Source of the DNA: Candidatus Brocadiia bacterium
Lineage (GTDB): Bacteria > Planctomycetota > Brocadiia > CAIUPP01
Direction: 5' to 3'
DNA: 64,000 nt
Assembly: GCA_050015075.1 (NCBI GenBank)
Contig: JBEKCB010000018.1
Location: 1 to 64,000, forward strand
Position numbers and translations under genes: made by a program. The notes under the pieces are model-generated. The model made no database searches. It was not told the origin of the DNA and saw only the letters and a program-made list of their open reading frames with translations. Position 1 is the stretch's first letter, and every line of letters begins with the position of its first letter. Below, piece by piece: positions 1 through 8,130 of this stretch.

Positions 1-357
1 ATCGAGGTAGTCCACGTTGAGGCGCTTGAGGCTCCCGTTCAAGGCTTCCATCATGTGCTTGCGATGATTGCCGCCGGCATTGGGATCGCCCGGATTGCTG
101 CAGAACGAATATTTGCTGGCGATGACGAAGCGCCGGCGGTCAGCCTTGACGAATTCGCCGACCATCTTTTCGCTCGTGCCGCCGGTATAGCCGTCGGCGG
201 TGTCAATGAAATTGCCGCCGGCCGCCGCAAAGGCGTCGAACATCCTGTGACTTTCGCTTTGGTCCGCGCCAAAACCCGTCTCAGTGCCGAAAGTCCAGGC
301 GCCGAGCGCCAGTTCAGAGACGCGAAGTCCGGATTTTCCGAGAAGCTTGTAGTTCAT
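1..357 (-). CDS. Aldo/keto reductase (5' part; runs off window start)
   Basis: Manual translation from ATG 357: MNYKLLGKSGLRVSELALGAWTFG...GGNFIDTADGYTGGTSEKMVG, a typical AKR N-terminus. Absent from the ORF track because the stop lies outside the window. Confidence 0.9.
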   Translation of the reverse strand, partial: MNYKLLGKSGLRVSELALGAWTFGTETGFGADQSESHRMFDAFAAAGGNFIDTADGYTGGTSEKMVGEFVKADRRRFVIASKYSFCSNPGDPNAGGNHRKHMMEALNGSLKRLNVDYLD

Positions 358-407
358 GCTTTTTCCTTTCGTCGCCGCGCGCCGATTCGCCCCCATTCCC
401 CAAGCCG

Positions 408-490
408 AATCTATCGGCGCGTGCGTAGGTTGTCAAGGAAAAACAAAGCGCGGAAAACCGCTTGACATATAAGAAATATTCTCGTAGTGT
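408..490. promoter_or_regulatory. Divergent sigma70-like promoters
   Basis: Minus strand: TTGACA(436-431)-17 nt-TAGATT(413-408). Plus strand: TTGACA at 462-467 followed by a weak -10. Confidence 0.55.
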
Positions 491-497
491 GATTTCC

Positions 498-650
498 CGG
501 AAATGAATTGCATAATGTCTGGTGATTCCGAGCGGAGCGAGGAATCTCATACGCGGTTTGTAGTGGCGCCGTCAGGCGCTACGTCGTATGCCCTGACGGG
601 CACACTACAAGCAGCATGACGCGGGCCAGATTTATGTATGTTATTTCCGA
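498..650. repeat. Nested REP-like composite (CGGAAAT..TTGCATAA outer IR / GTCATTCCGAGCG-type arm / GTAG doublet)
   Basis: Shares outer and middle parts with 4558-4700; 521-613 recurs inverted at 24794-24886. Confidence 0.85.
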
Positions 651-706
651 GGCACTACAATAGTCTGCCGCTTGAACAGGAGAGTTATAGCGCCAAGGAA
701 GCCGGC

Positions 707-1708
707 ATGAATAGCCTGGAACGGTATTTGAGCATGCTCAAGGGGGAAGCGGTGGACTTCGTGCCGCGCGTGCCCATTCTCATGCAGTTGGCGGCCGAGA
801 GCATCGGGTCGAATTACGGGGCCTTCGCTTCGGACTATCGCGTGCTGGTGGAGGCGAACCTCCATTGCGCCGAAGTGTTCGGGATGGACCATGTCAGCGC
901 GATCTCCGATCCGTACCGCGAGACGGAGGGCTTCGGCGCGCGGATCATTTTCGAGCGGGACAGCGTGCCGCGCTGCGAGCGTCATCCGCTGGAGGACCGC
1001 CGGGAGTTCTCCGCCCTGCCTCGTCCCGATCCGTTGCGCTCGGTGCGGATGCTCGACCGCGTCAATGCCGTCCGCGCGTACAAGGCGAGCGTCGGCGGCC
1101 GGCGCTCCATTCTCGGGTGGATCGAGGGCCCGGCGGCGGAAGCCGCTGACCTGCGCAACGTGATGAACTTCCTGACGGACCTGATGGACGACGAGGGATA
1201 TTCAGGGGCGCTGATGGACCGGTGCGTGGAAGTGGCGGTTGGGTTCGCCCGGGCGCAGGTGGAGGCCGGCGCTGACACGATCGGCATCGGCGACGCGATC
1301 GCCAGCCAGGTTTCGCCTTCGGTCTACGAGCGGCTGATCCAGCCTCGGGAGAAACTCCTCGTCGGAGAAGTGCGGCGGATGGGCGCCTTCGTGCGCCTGC
1401 ACATTTGCGGGAATATCACCCATCTGCTCCCGGGCATTGCCGACCTGGGCGTGGACGTCCTGGACGTGGACCACATGGTGGACATGCAGCTTGCGCGCCG
1501 GGCGGTCGGCGCGAAGGTCGCCCTCGCCGGGAACATCAATCCCCTGACGGTGCGTTACCGCGCCCCCGAGGAGATTGCATCGGCCATGCGGCAGACCTAC
1601 GAGACGGTCGGCAACCCCTACCTGGTCAACGCCGGCTGCGAAATCCCCGCCGGCACGCCGCGGGAGAACCTGCTGGCCCTCTGCGCGATGCTGCCGTGGC
1701 GCGGCTGA
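707..1708 (+). CDS. Uroporphyrinogen decarboxylase / MtaA-CmuA methyltransferase family protein
   Basis: MNSLER start; motifs GADTIGIGD, LHICG, GNINP, VNAGCEIP..TP.EN. The ORF-track extension upstream of 707 lies partly in the repeat. Confidence 0.85.
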   Translation: MNSLERYLSMLKGEAVDFVPRVPILMQLAAESIGSNYGAFASDYRVLVEANLHCAEVFGMDHVSAISDPYRETEGFGARIIFERDSVPRCERHPLEDRREFSALPRPDPLRSVRMLDRVNAVRAYKASVGGRRSILGWIEGPAAEAADLRNVMNFLTDLMDDEGYSGALMDRCVEVAVGFARAQVEAGADTIGIGDAIASQVSPSVYERLIQPREKLLVGEVRRMGAFVRLHICGNITHLLPGIADLGVDVLDVDHMVDMQLARRAVGAKVALAGNINPLTVRYRAPEEIASAMRQTYETVGNPYLVNAGCEIPAGTPRENLLALCAMLPWRG

Positions 1709-1804
1709 GCCGTCCGCACGAATTCCGGAAGTCCGCCATTCGCGGGGCTTTTCGAGGACACATGACCCATTTCATCCGCCCGCCGCGGCCCGCAGAAATG
1801 CCTC

Positions 1805-1834
1805 TTGACAGCCGCCGCACGGCGTTGATATACT
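1805..1834 (+). promoter_or_regulatory. sigma70-like promoter of argG
   Basis: TTGACA-18 nt-TATACT with an extended -10 TG. Confidence 0.65.
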
Positions 1835-1905
1835 CCGATTCCAATCATGGGGAGGCAGAGCGCCGTCCCAATCCCAGGTTCCCCTAACGCGCGGAGACTG
1901 CAACC

Positions 1906-3195
1906 ATGGCAGACTGGAAAGATGTGTGGAAGAAGGTCGAGGCGTGCCAGGTGCCGAAGGTGACGAAGGTCGCGCTGGCGTATTCGGGCGGGCTGGACTC
2001 GTCGTTGAGCATCGAACTGCTGCGGCGGAAGTACAAGGCGAAGGAAATTTTTCCGATCAACATCGACGTCGGCCAGGGCGAGCAGGAACAGGAGGAGATG
2101 CGGTCGAAGGCGAAGGTGCTCGGCGTGAAGCCGATCGTGATTGACGCGAGGAAGGAGTTCGCCGAGGTGTGGCTGCCGAAGGCGATCCGCGCGAACAGCG
2201 ATTACAACGGGTACCCGGTCTCGACCTCGATGACGCGGCAGCTCGTGGCGCGGATCGTGGCGGAGAAGGCGCTCGAACTCGGCTGCGACGGGCTGATGGA
2301 AGGCTCCACCGGCAAGGGCAACGACCAGTACCGCATGCACAACGTGTTCAAGATGTTCGCCCCGCAGATGGAAGTGCTGGTGCCGGTGCGCGATTTCGAC
2401 ATGACGCGCGCGGAGGAGAAGATGCTGTGCGAGGCGTGGGGCGTCCCGGTCACCGAGCAGATCACCGGCGGCGACGACAAGACGCTCTGGTGCCGCTCGA
2501 TCGCCTCGGGCGCGGTGGACCTGAACCAGGAAATCCCGGACGACATCTGGATGTGGAAGGTGCCGCTCGAGAAAGCGCCGAACCAGCCGACGTTCGTGGA
2601 CATCCAGTTCCGCGCGGGCCTGCCGGCGACCCTGAACGGCAAGAAGATGCCGCTCGACGCGTTGATCAGCGAGCTGAACGTCATCGCCGGCGCGGCGGGC
2701 GTCGGCCTGATTGACATGTTCGAGGACGGGATCATGGACCTGAAGAGCCGCGAGATTTACGAGGCGCCGGCGGCGCATGTCCTGATCAAGCTCCACCGCG
2801 ACCTGGAGCAGTACTGCCTGACGAAAGACGAGATCCAGTTCAAGAAGAGCGTGGACGCGAAGTGGGCGTTCCTGGTCTACCACGGAATGTGGTACACCCC
2901 GCTGAAGAACGCGCTGGACGCGTTCGTCCTCGCGACGCAGGATGTGTGCAACGCGGATTACCGCGTGAAGCTCTACAAGGGCAACATCGTGATCACCCAT
3001 CGGGCCTCGGAGACGAGCCTCTTCTCGCCGGAGATCCGCTCGATCAAGGCAACCGGCTTCGACCAGCGCTGGTGCTCGAACGCCGCCAAGGTCCGCGGGC
3101 TGCCCTTCGAGATCCTCTCCAAGCGCCGCAAAGCCATGGAAAAGTTCCTCCAAAGCCCCGGCGCCGGGATGCCGAAGCCTAAAGCCAAAAAGTGA
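1906..3195 (+). CDS. argG: Argininosuccinate synthase (divergent)
   Basis: AYSGGLDSS, TGKGNDQ and KSREIYEAPA motifs. Confidence 0.9.
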   Translation: MADWKDVWKKVEACQVPKVTKVALAYSGGLDSSLSIELLRRKYKAKEIFPINIDVGQGEQEQEEMRSKAKVLGVKPIVIDARKEFAEVWLPKAIRANSDYNGYPVSTSMTRQLVARIVAEKALELGCDGLMEGSTGKGNDQYRMHNVFKMFAPQMEVLVPVRDFDMTRAEEKMLCEAWGVPVTEQITGGDDKTLWCRSIASGAVDLNQEIPDDIWMWKVPLEKAPNQPTFVDIQFRAGLPATLNGKKMPLDALISELNVIAGAAGVGLIDMFEDGIMDLKSREIYEAPAAHVLIKLHRDLEQYCLTKDEIQFKKSVDAKWAFLVYHGMWYTPLKNALDAFVLATQDVCNADYRVKLYKGNIVITHRASETSLFSPEIRSIKATGFDQRWCSNAAKVRGLPFEILSKRRKAMEKFLQSPGAGMPKPKAKK

Positions 3196-3226
3196 GGGAC
3201 CCGGTCGCGCGCCGGTCGGCGGGATT

Positions 3227-3261
3227 CGAATGGGCAATCTCCGTAAGTGGTTGCCCATTCG
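3227..3261. terminator. Hairpin downstream of argG
   Basis: CGAATGGGCAA...TTGCCCATTCG 11-bp stem; only a weak T-tract follows. Confidence 0.4.
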
Positions 3262-3355
3262 GCGTTTAAGCGCTCAAAATCGCCAGAATTTGACTTTTCT
3301 TCTCACCAATGGCAAACTACTGTCGGGCGCGGAGCCCTAATAGGAGATCTCAAGC

Positions 3356-3589
3356 GTGAATGCGCGTCATTTGCTGAAGCTGGTCGTCGTCCTCGCCGTC
3401 CTGCTCTTCATGGTCATGATGGGCATGTCGAACGGCGACCCGGTCCGTTTCAAGATTCTCTCCTACACGTCCGATCCGATAAAGTCCGCCTTCATGTATT
3501 TCACCTTCTTCGCCGTCGGCGCCTTCACCGGCCTGGTCCTTGCCGTCGGCACCGGCGGCGGCCACTCGTCCGCTTCGAAAGGCAAGTGA
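3356..3589 (+). CDS. LapA-like (DUF1049-type) small membrane protein
   Basis: Two hydrophobic segments around 'N.DPV.F', a GGAG RBS, and a position directly upstream of pyrF. Confidence 0.6.
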   Translation: MNARHLLKLVVVLAVLLFMVMMGMSNGDPVRFKILSYTSDPIKSAFMYFTFFAVGAFTGLVLAVGTGGGHSSASKGK

Positions 3590-3650
3590 ACCGGCGGCCG
3601 GCCGGCGCCCGAGCGGCCGCGCGCGCCGCGGGACCTCGGCTCGAACCAAC

Positions 3651-4541
3651 ATGAAAAACTTTGCCGACCGCCTGATCGAGACCGTCGAGTGCAAGCGGAC
3701 CTGCGTGGTCGTCGGGCTCGATCCGCAGCTCGACTCGCTCCCGTCCGATCTCCGAGAGAAAGCCCGCCGCTCGACCGCCGACGCGGCCGACGCGGTGATG
3801 GAATTCAACCGCCGCGTCCTCGCCGCCGTCGCCGATCACGCCGCCGCCGTCAAACCTCAGTCGGCCTTTTACGAGGCGCTCGGCTGGGAAGGCGTGCGCG
3901 CGCTGGCCGGCACGGTCCGCGCCGCGCACGACTGCGGCCTGCTGGTCATCGCCGACGTCAAGCGCGGCGACATCGGCTCCACCGCCGAAGCCTACGCGCA
4001 AGGCCATCTCGACCTGCTCCAGGCGGACGCCGTCACGGTGAACCCGTACCTGGGCATTGACGGCGTCGCGCCGTTCCTCAAGCGCGCCCGGGATGGAAAG
4101 GGGATTTTCGTCCTCGTCAAGACCTCGAACCCGTCCTCGGTGGACCTGCAGGATCTCGACGCCTCCGGCGCGAAGCTGTACGAGAAAGTCGCCGAACTCG
4201 TCGAGCGCTGGGGCGGCGAATGCCGCGGGGAATGCGGCTACAGCGCCGTCGGCGCCGTCGTCGGCGCCACGTTCCCGGCCGCCGCGGAGAAACTGCGCCG
4301 GCTCATGCCGCACGCGCTCTTCCTCGTCCCCGGTTACGGCGCGCAGGGCGCAACGGCCGAGGACTGCCGCCCGTGCTTCGACGCCCAGGGCCGCGGCGCG
4401 GTCGTCAATTCTTCGCGCGGCATCATCTTCGCCTATCGCCGGCCCGACCAGCCGCAGGCGCCGCCGGATTGGGATTCCGCCGTCGCCGGCGCGGCGATAA
4501 AAATGAAAGAGGAACTCGAGCGCGTCCGCCGGCGCGCTTGA
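3651..4541 (+). CDS. pyrF: Orotidine-5'-phosphate decarboxylase
   Basis: VGLDP, DVKRGDIGST, LVKTSNP, LVPGYGAQG and NSSRGI motifs. Confidence 0.95.
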   Translation: MKNFADRLIETVECKRTCVVVGLDPQLDSLPSDLREKARRSTADAADAVMEFNRRVLAAVADHAAAVKPQSAFYEALGWEGVRALAGTVRAAHDCGLLVIADVKRGDIGSTAEAYAQGHLDLLQADAVTVNPYLGIDGVAPFLKRARDGKGIFVLVKTSNPSSVDLQDLDASGAKLYEKVAELVERWGGECRGECGYSAVGAVVGATFPAAAEKLRRLMPHALFLVPGYGAQGATAEDCRPCFDAQGRGAVVNSSRGIIFAYRRPDQPQAPPDWDSAVAGAAIKMKEELERVRRRA

Positions 4542-4557
4542 CGCAAGCGTTGCGTTG

Positions 4558-4700
4558 CGGAAATTAGTTGCATAATGCCTGTCATTCCGAGCGCATCGAG
4601 GAATCTCATACGCAGCGCACCGGCAACGGCTTAGGGTATGAGATGCTTCGCTGCGCTCAGCATGACGCAGGCTGGACTTACGTGCGCTATTCACGGAACA
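4558..4700. repeat. REP-like palindrome (GTCATTCCGAGCG..GAGGAATCTC / GAGATGCTTCGCTGCGCTCAGCATGAC)
   Basis: Two inverted arms; homologous to 498-650. Confidence 0.85.
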
Positions 4701-4797
4701 GTGTACTAGTTTGACCGGCGACATTCGGGGTTCTGAAATCGAGATTCACAATTCGTCGCGCCCGGTTTCATCGCGCCCCTCTCTGCGGAGGATTTCC

Positions 4798-6840
4798 ATG
4801 TCTCCCGTGCGCCACTGGTGGCTTTGTCTTGCCGCCCTGTTGGTTTTCTGCGGCGCATTCCCGGCCTTCGGCCAGCGGATGAGCAAGAAGCAACTCGGCG
4901 AATGGACGCGCCTGCTCCGCTCCGACGACCCGCAGAAGCGCTCCTCCGCCGCCACCTCGCTCGTCGCGGCCGAGGATGAAGCCGCGCTGAAAGTCCTCCT
5001 CGAAGCCCTTCAGCCCGATCAACCCGAAACGGTCCGCATCAGCGTCATCACCGCCTTCGGCGTCCAGACCGACGACCGCGCCTGCGGCCCGATCATCGCC
5101 GCGCTCGCCGACCCGAGCGAAGGCGTTCGCCAGGCCGCCCGGAGCGCGCTCCAGCAGATCCACACCACCCCGTCCGTGCGCCTGCTCGAACAGGCCGCCG
5201 GCGATCTCAAGCGCCCGCTGGTCATCCGCGTCCAGGCGGTCAGTCTCCTCGGCGACCTCCGCGCCACCGAGGCGCTCCAGGCGCTCATCAAGCTGCTCTC
5301 GGACCCCGACGAAGCCGTCCGCACCGCTTCGCGCGCCGCGCTCGAAACCATCACCCTGCGCCGCTTCAACACCGCCCGCGAATGGCTCGACTGGTGGCGC
5401 CAGAACCCCAACCTCACGCGCGAGGAGATGCTCCAGCACCTCGTGGAGTTCCAGACTGAACGGATCGAGAACCTCAGCCGCGTCCTCGAAAAACTCTATC
5501 TGAAAATCCTCGACGACCCCAAGAACCAGGGCGACTCCGCCGCGTTCATCGAGGCCCTGACGCAGTGCGACCTCGCCTCCGTCAAGAAGCGCGCCATCAA
5601 AGGGATCACGCCGCTGCACGGCCCGGCGGTCCGAACCGCCCTCATCAACGCCCTGGCCGAGACGGATGCCTCCGTGCGGCAGGCCGCCGCCGACGCGCTG
5701 GCCGCCCAGGCGGACGCCTCAACCGCCCCGGCGCTCCTCAAAGCGATGAACGACCCTGAAAGCTCCGTCCGCGCCGCCGCCGCGCATGCGCTCGGCGCCC
5801 TGAAAGCCAAAGACGCCGTGAGCGCGCTGAAGGACATGCTCTCCGACACCGACGTCGAAGCCGCCGTCGCGGCCGCCAACGCCCTGGCCGAACTGGCCGA
5901 TCCGGCCGCTCTCGACAAGCTCATTAGTATCGTGACCGCCGCCGACACCCCGGCGCCGCTCTACGGCGCCGCCGCCAACGCGCTCGCCAAAATCCATGAC
6001 CCGCGCGCCGTCCCGATCCTCGTCAAGCTCCTCGGAAGCCCCAAGGAAGACGTCCGCTGGGCGTCCGCCGACGCCCTCGGCGGACTCGGCGTCGCCGACG
6101 CCGTCAAGCCGCTGGCGAACGTCGCGCTCAAGGACCCGAACCCGCAGAACCGCGAGGTGGCCCTCGCCTCGCTCAGCAGGATCGGCGACCAGTCCCCATC
6201 CACGCTCGACACCCTGGTGGACGCGCTCTCCGACAAAGAGAAGCGCGTGGCCGACCAGGCCTTGCGCTCCCTGACCCAGGTGGCCGACTCCAAAACCGAC
6301 CTCTATGCCTCCGCGCTCGACCGGCTCATGGCGGCGCACAGCTACGCCCTGGCCGCGATCGTCCTGGATGCCGCGGTGCCGCAGCTCGGCCCGAACAACG
6401 CCCAGCCGGCCGCGGGCTTGCGCCAGCGCCTGGCCGCCGGCCTGATGGCCGCCAAAGAATGGGCCCGCGCCCGGACTCAGCTTGAAATCCTCGTCGCGCA
6501 ATCGCCCAAAGAACCCCAGTACGTCAAATCCCTGGATGCCTGCCTCACCGCCCAGGCGGACTATGACGCGCTGCTGGCCCTCCTTCTCCAGACGCGCAAA
6601 GCCGCTCCCGAGCTTGCGGACTACTGCTGGCAGGAAACCGTCCACGTCGTCGAGCAGATCGCCGCCGGCGACCCAAAGAAAGCCGTTGCCGCGGTGAATG
6701 CCCTTGAGAAGGACAGCCCCGATCTGGGCGGCGCCGCCACCGCCGCCAAGCTTCGCGAACTGCGCGCGAAAGCCGGCGGGAACCCGGTCCTGCCCGCCAC
6801 CGCTCCCGCACCCGCATCAAGCAACGCCTCGCCCGGCTGA
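4798..6840 (+). CDS. Exported HEAT-repeat protein with TPR-like C-terminus
   Basis: Signal peptide ending in AFG; many 'L.D.d..VR.aAa.AL' repeats. Confidence 0.85.
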   Translation: MSPVRHWWLCLAALLVFCGAFPAFGQRMSKKQLGEWTRLLRSDDPQKRSSAATSLVAAEDEAALKVLLEALQPDQPETVRISVITAFGVQTDDRACGPIIAALADPSEGVRQAARSALQQIHTTPSVRLLEQAAGDLKRPLVIRVQAVSLLGDLRATEALQALIKLLSDPDEAVRTASRAALETITLRRFNTAREWLDWWRQNPNLTREEMLQHLVEFQTERIENLSRVLEKLYLKILDDPKNQGDSAAFIEALTQCDLASVKKRAIKGITPLHGPAVRTALINALAETDASVRQAAADALAAQADASTAPALLKAMNDPESSVRAAAAHALGALKAKDAVSALKDMLSDTDVEAAVAAANALAELADPAALDKLISIVTAADTPAPLYGAAANALAKIHDPRAVPILVKLLGSPKEDVRWASADALGGLGVADAVKPLANVALKDPNPQNREVALASLSRIGDQSPSTLDTLVDALSDKEKRVADQALRSLTQVADSKTDLYASALDRLMAAHSYALAAIVLDAAVPQLGPNNAQPAAGLRQRLAAGLMAAKEWARARTQLEILVAQSPKEPQYVKSLDACLTAQADYDALLALLLQTRKAAPELADYCWQETVHVVEQIAAGDPKKAVAAVNALEKDSPDLGGAATAAKLRELRAKAGGNPVLPATAPAPASSNASPG

Positions 6841-6977
6841 GAACCGAACTTGATGCCGGCCGTCTGGACTTGTCCGCGCGAGCGCCTATAATTACACTGT
6901 GAGCGCGGGGCGCAGCCGAAACGGGCGCGGTCGCCCGTGCGGGCGAACTCCGGCTGAACGAGGGGCGAGGGCAGCGT

Positions 6978-8072
6978 ATGAGACGCAGGAAAAGTGCTAC
7001 GGTGCGCTCGGCGGAGACGGTCGCCTCATCCGCCGCGGATGAGCGCGTGCGGCGGGTCTTGCAGGTGATCAACGATTCAGGACCGGTCGTCGGCGCACCG
7101 GCTCCGCGCGAGACCAGCGCGGCGGCGCCGGGCGAGGCGGAGGTCCTCGACGCGTATTCGCGCGCGGTGATCTCGGTCATCGAGGCGATGGGGCCGGCAG
7201 TCGTCGGCGTGTCGTTCGGCGACGCGTCGTCGCCCGCACCGGAGCACGTCGGCGCCGGGTCCGGCGTCATCATCGCGCCGGACGGATATGTCCTCACGAA
7301 CCACCATGTCGTCGCCAGCGCCCGCGGGCTCACCGTCACGCTCGCCGACGGGCGGGCGCTCGTCGCGACCGTCGTGGGCGTGGATCCGGCGACGGACTTG
7401 GCGGTGATCCGGGCGGAAGGCTCGGGGCTGGCGCACGCCTCGATCGGCGATTCCGCGTCGCTGCGCGCCGGGCAACTGGTCATCGCCGTCGGGAACCCGT
7501 TCGGCTTCCAGTCCACCGTCTCGACCGGCGTCATCAGCGCGCTCGGCCGCGCGTTCCGCACCCGCGAGGGGCGGCTGATCGAGAACATCATCCAGCACAC
7601 CGCGCCGTTGAACCCGGGGAACTCGGGCGGGCCGCTGGTGGATTCGCGCGGCGCCGTCGTGGGGATCAACACGGCGATCATCCCGCAGGCGCAGGGGATC
7701 GGGTTCGCGATTCCCTCGGCCACGGCGAAGTGGGTCGTGTCGCAACTGCTCGTGCACGGGCGCGTGCGGCGCGGCTCGCTGGGGATCGCCGGCCGGCAGC
7801 GCCCGCTGGACCGGCGGCTGGTGCGGTTCCACAGTCTGAACCATGACCGGGCGGTGGAGGTGCTGGCCGTGGATCCGAACGGCCCCGCGCGGCAGGCGAG
7901 CGTGCAGACCGGCGACCTGATCGTGGCGATCGAGGGGCGCGATGTGGCGAGCGTGGACGATCTGCACCGCGTGCTGGCGGAGTGGCCGATCGGGCAGCCG
8001 GTGGCGCTGGCAATCCTGCGGGGGCGGGAACGTGTGACGATCAGTGTCGTGCCGGTGGAAGCCCTTTCCTGA
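6978..8072 (+). CDS. HtrA/DegP-like S1C serine protease with PDZ domain
   Basis: Catalytic triad motifs TNHHV, DLAV and GNSGGPL; C-terminal PDZ; no signal peptide; start uncertain. Confidence 0.9.
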   Translation: MRRRKSATVRSAETVASSAADERVRRVLQVINDSGPVVGAPAPRETSAAAPGEAEVLDAYSRAVISVIEAMGPAVVGVSFGDASSPAPEHVGAGSGVIIAPDGYVLTNHHVVASARGLTVTLADGRALVATVVGVDPATDLAVIRAEGSGLAHASIGDSASLRAGQLVIAVGNPFGFQSTVSTGVISALGRAFRTREGRLIENIIQHTAPLNPGNSGGPLVDSRGAVVGINTAIIPQAQGIGFAIPSATAKWVVSQLLVHGRVRRGSLGIAGRQRPLDRRLVRFHSLNHDRAVEVLAVDPNGPARQASVQTGDLIVAIEGRDVASVDDLHRVLAEWPIGQPVALAILRGRERVTISVVPVEALS

Positions 8073-8130
8073 TTGCCGAATGCTGATTGCCGAATGCCGA
8101 ATGTTCAATGAACGGGCCGGAGAGCGGAGG

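Noticed and set aside
55-465. 136-aa plus-strand ORF from the ORF track
   Set aside because: It is the antisense shadow of the aldo/keto reductase at <1-357.
3212-3232. GGTCGGCGGGATTCGAA resembling a tRNA 3'-end/att remnant
   Set aside because: The match is too short, forms no cloverleaf, and does not match the tRNA at 24646.
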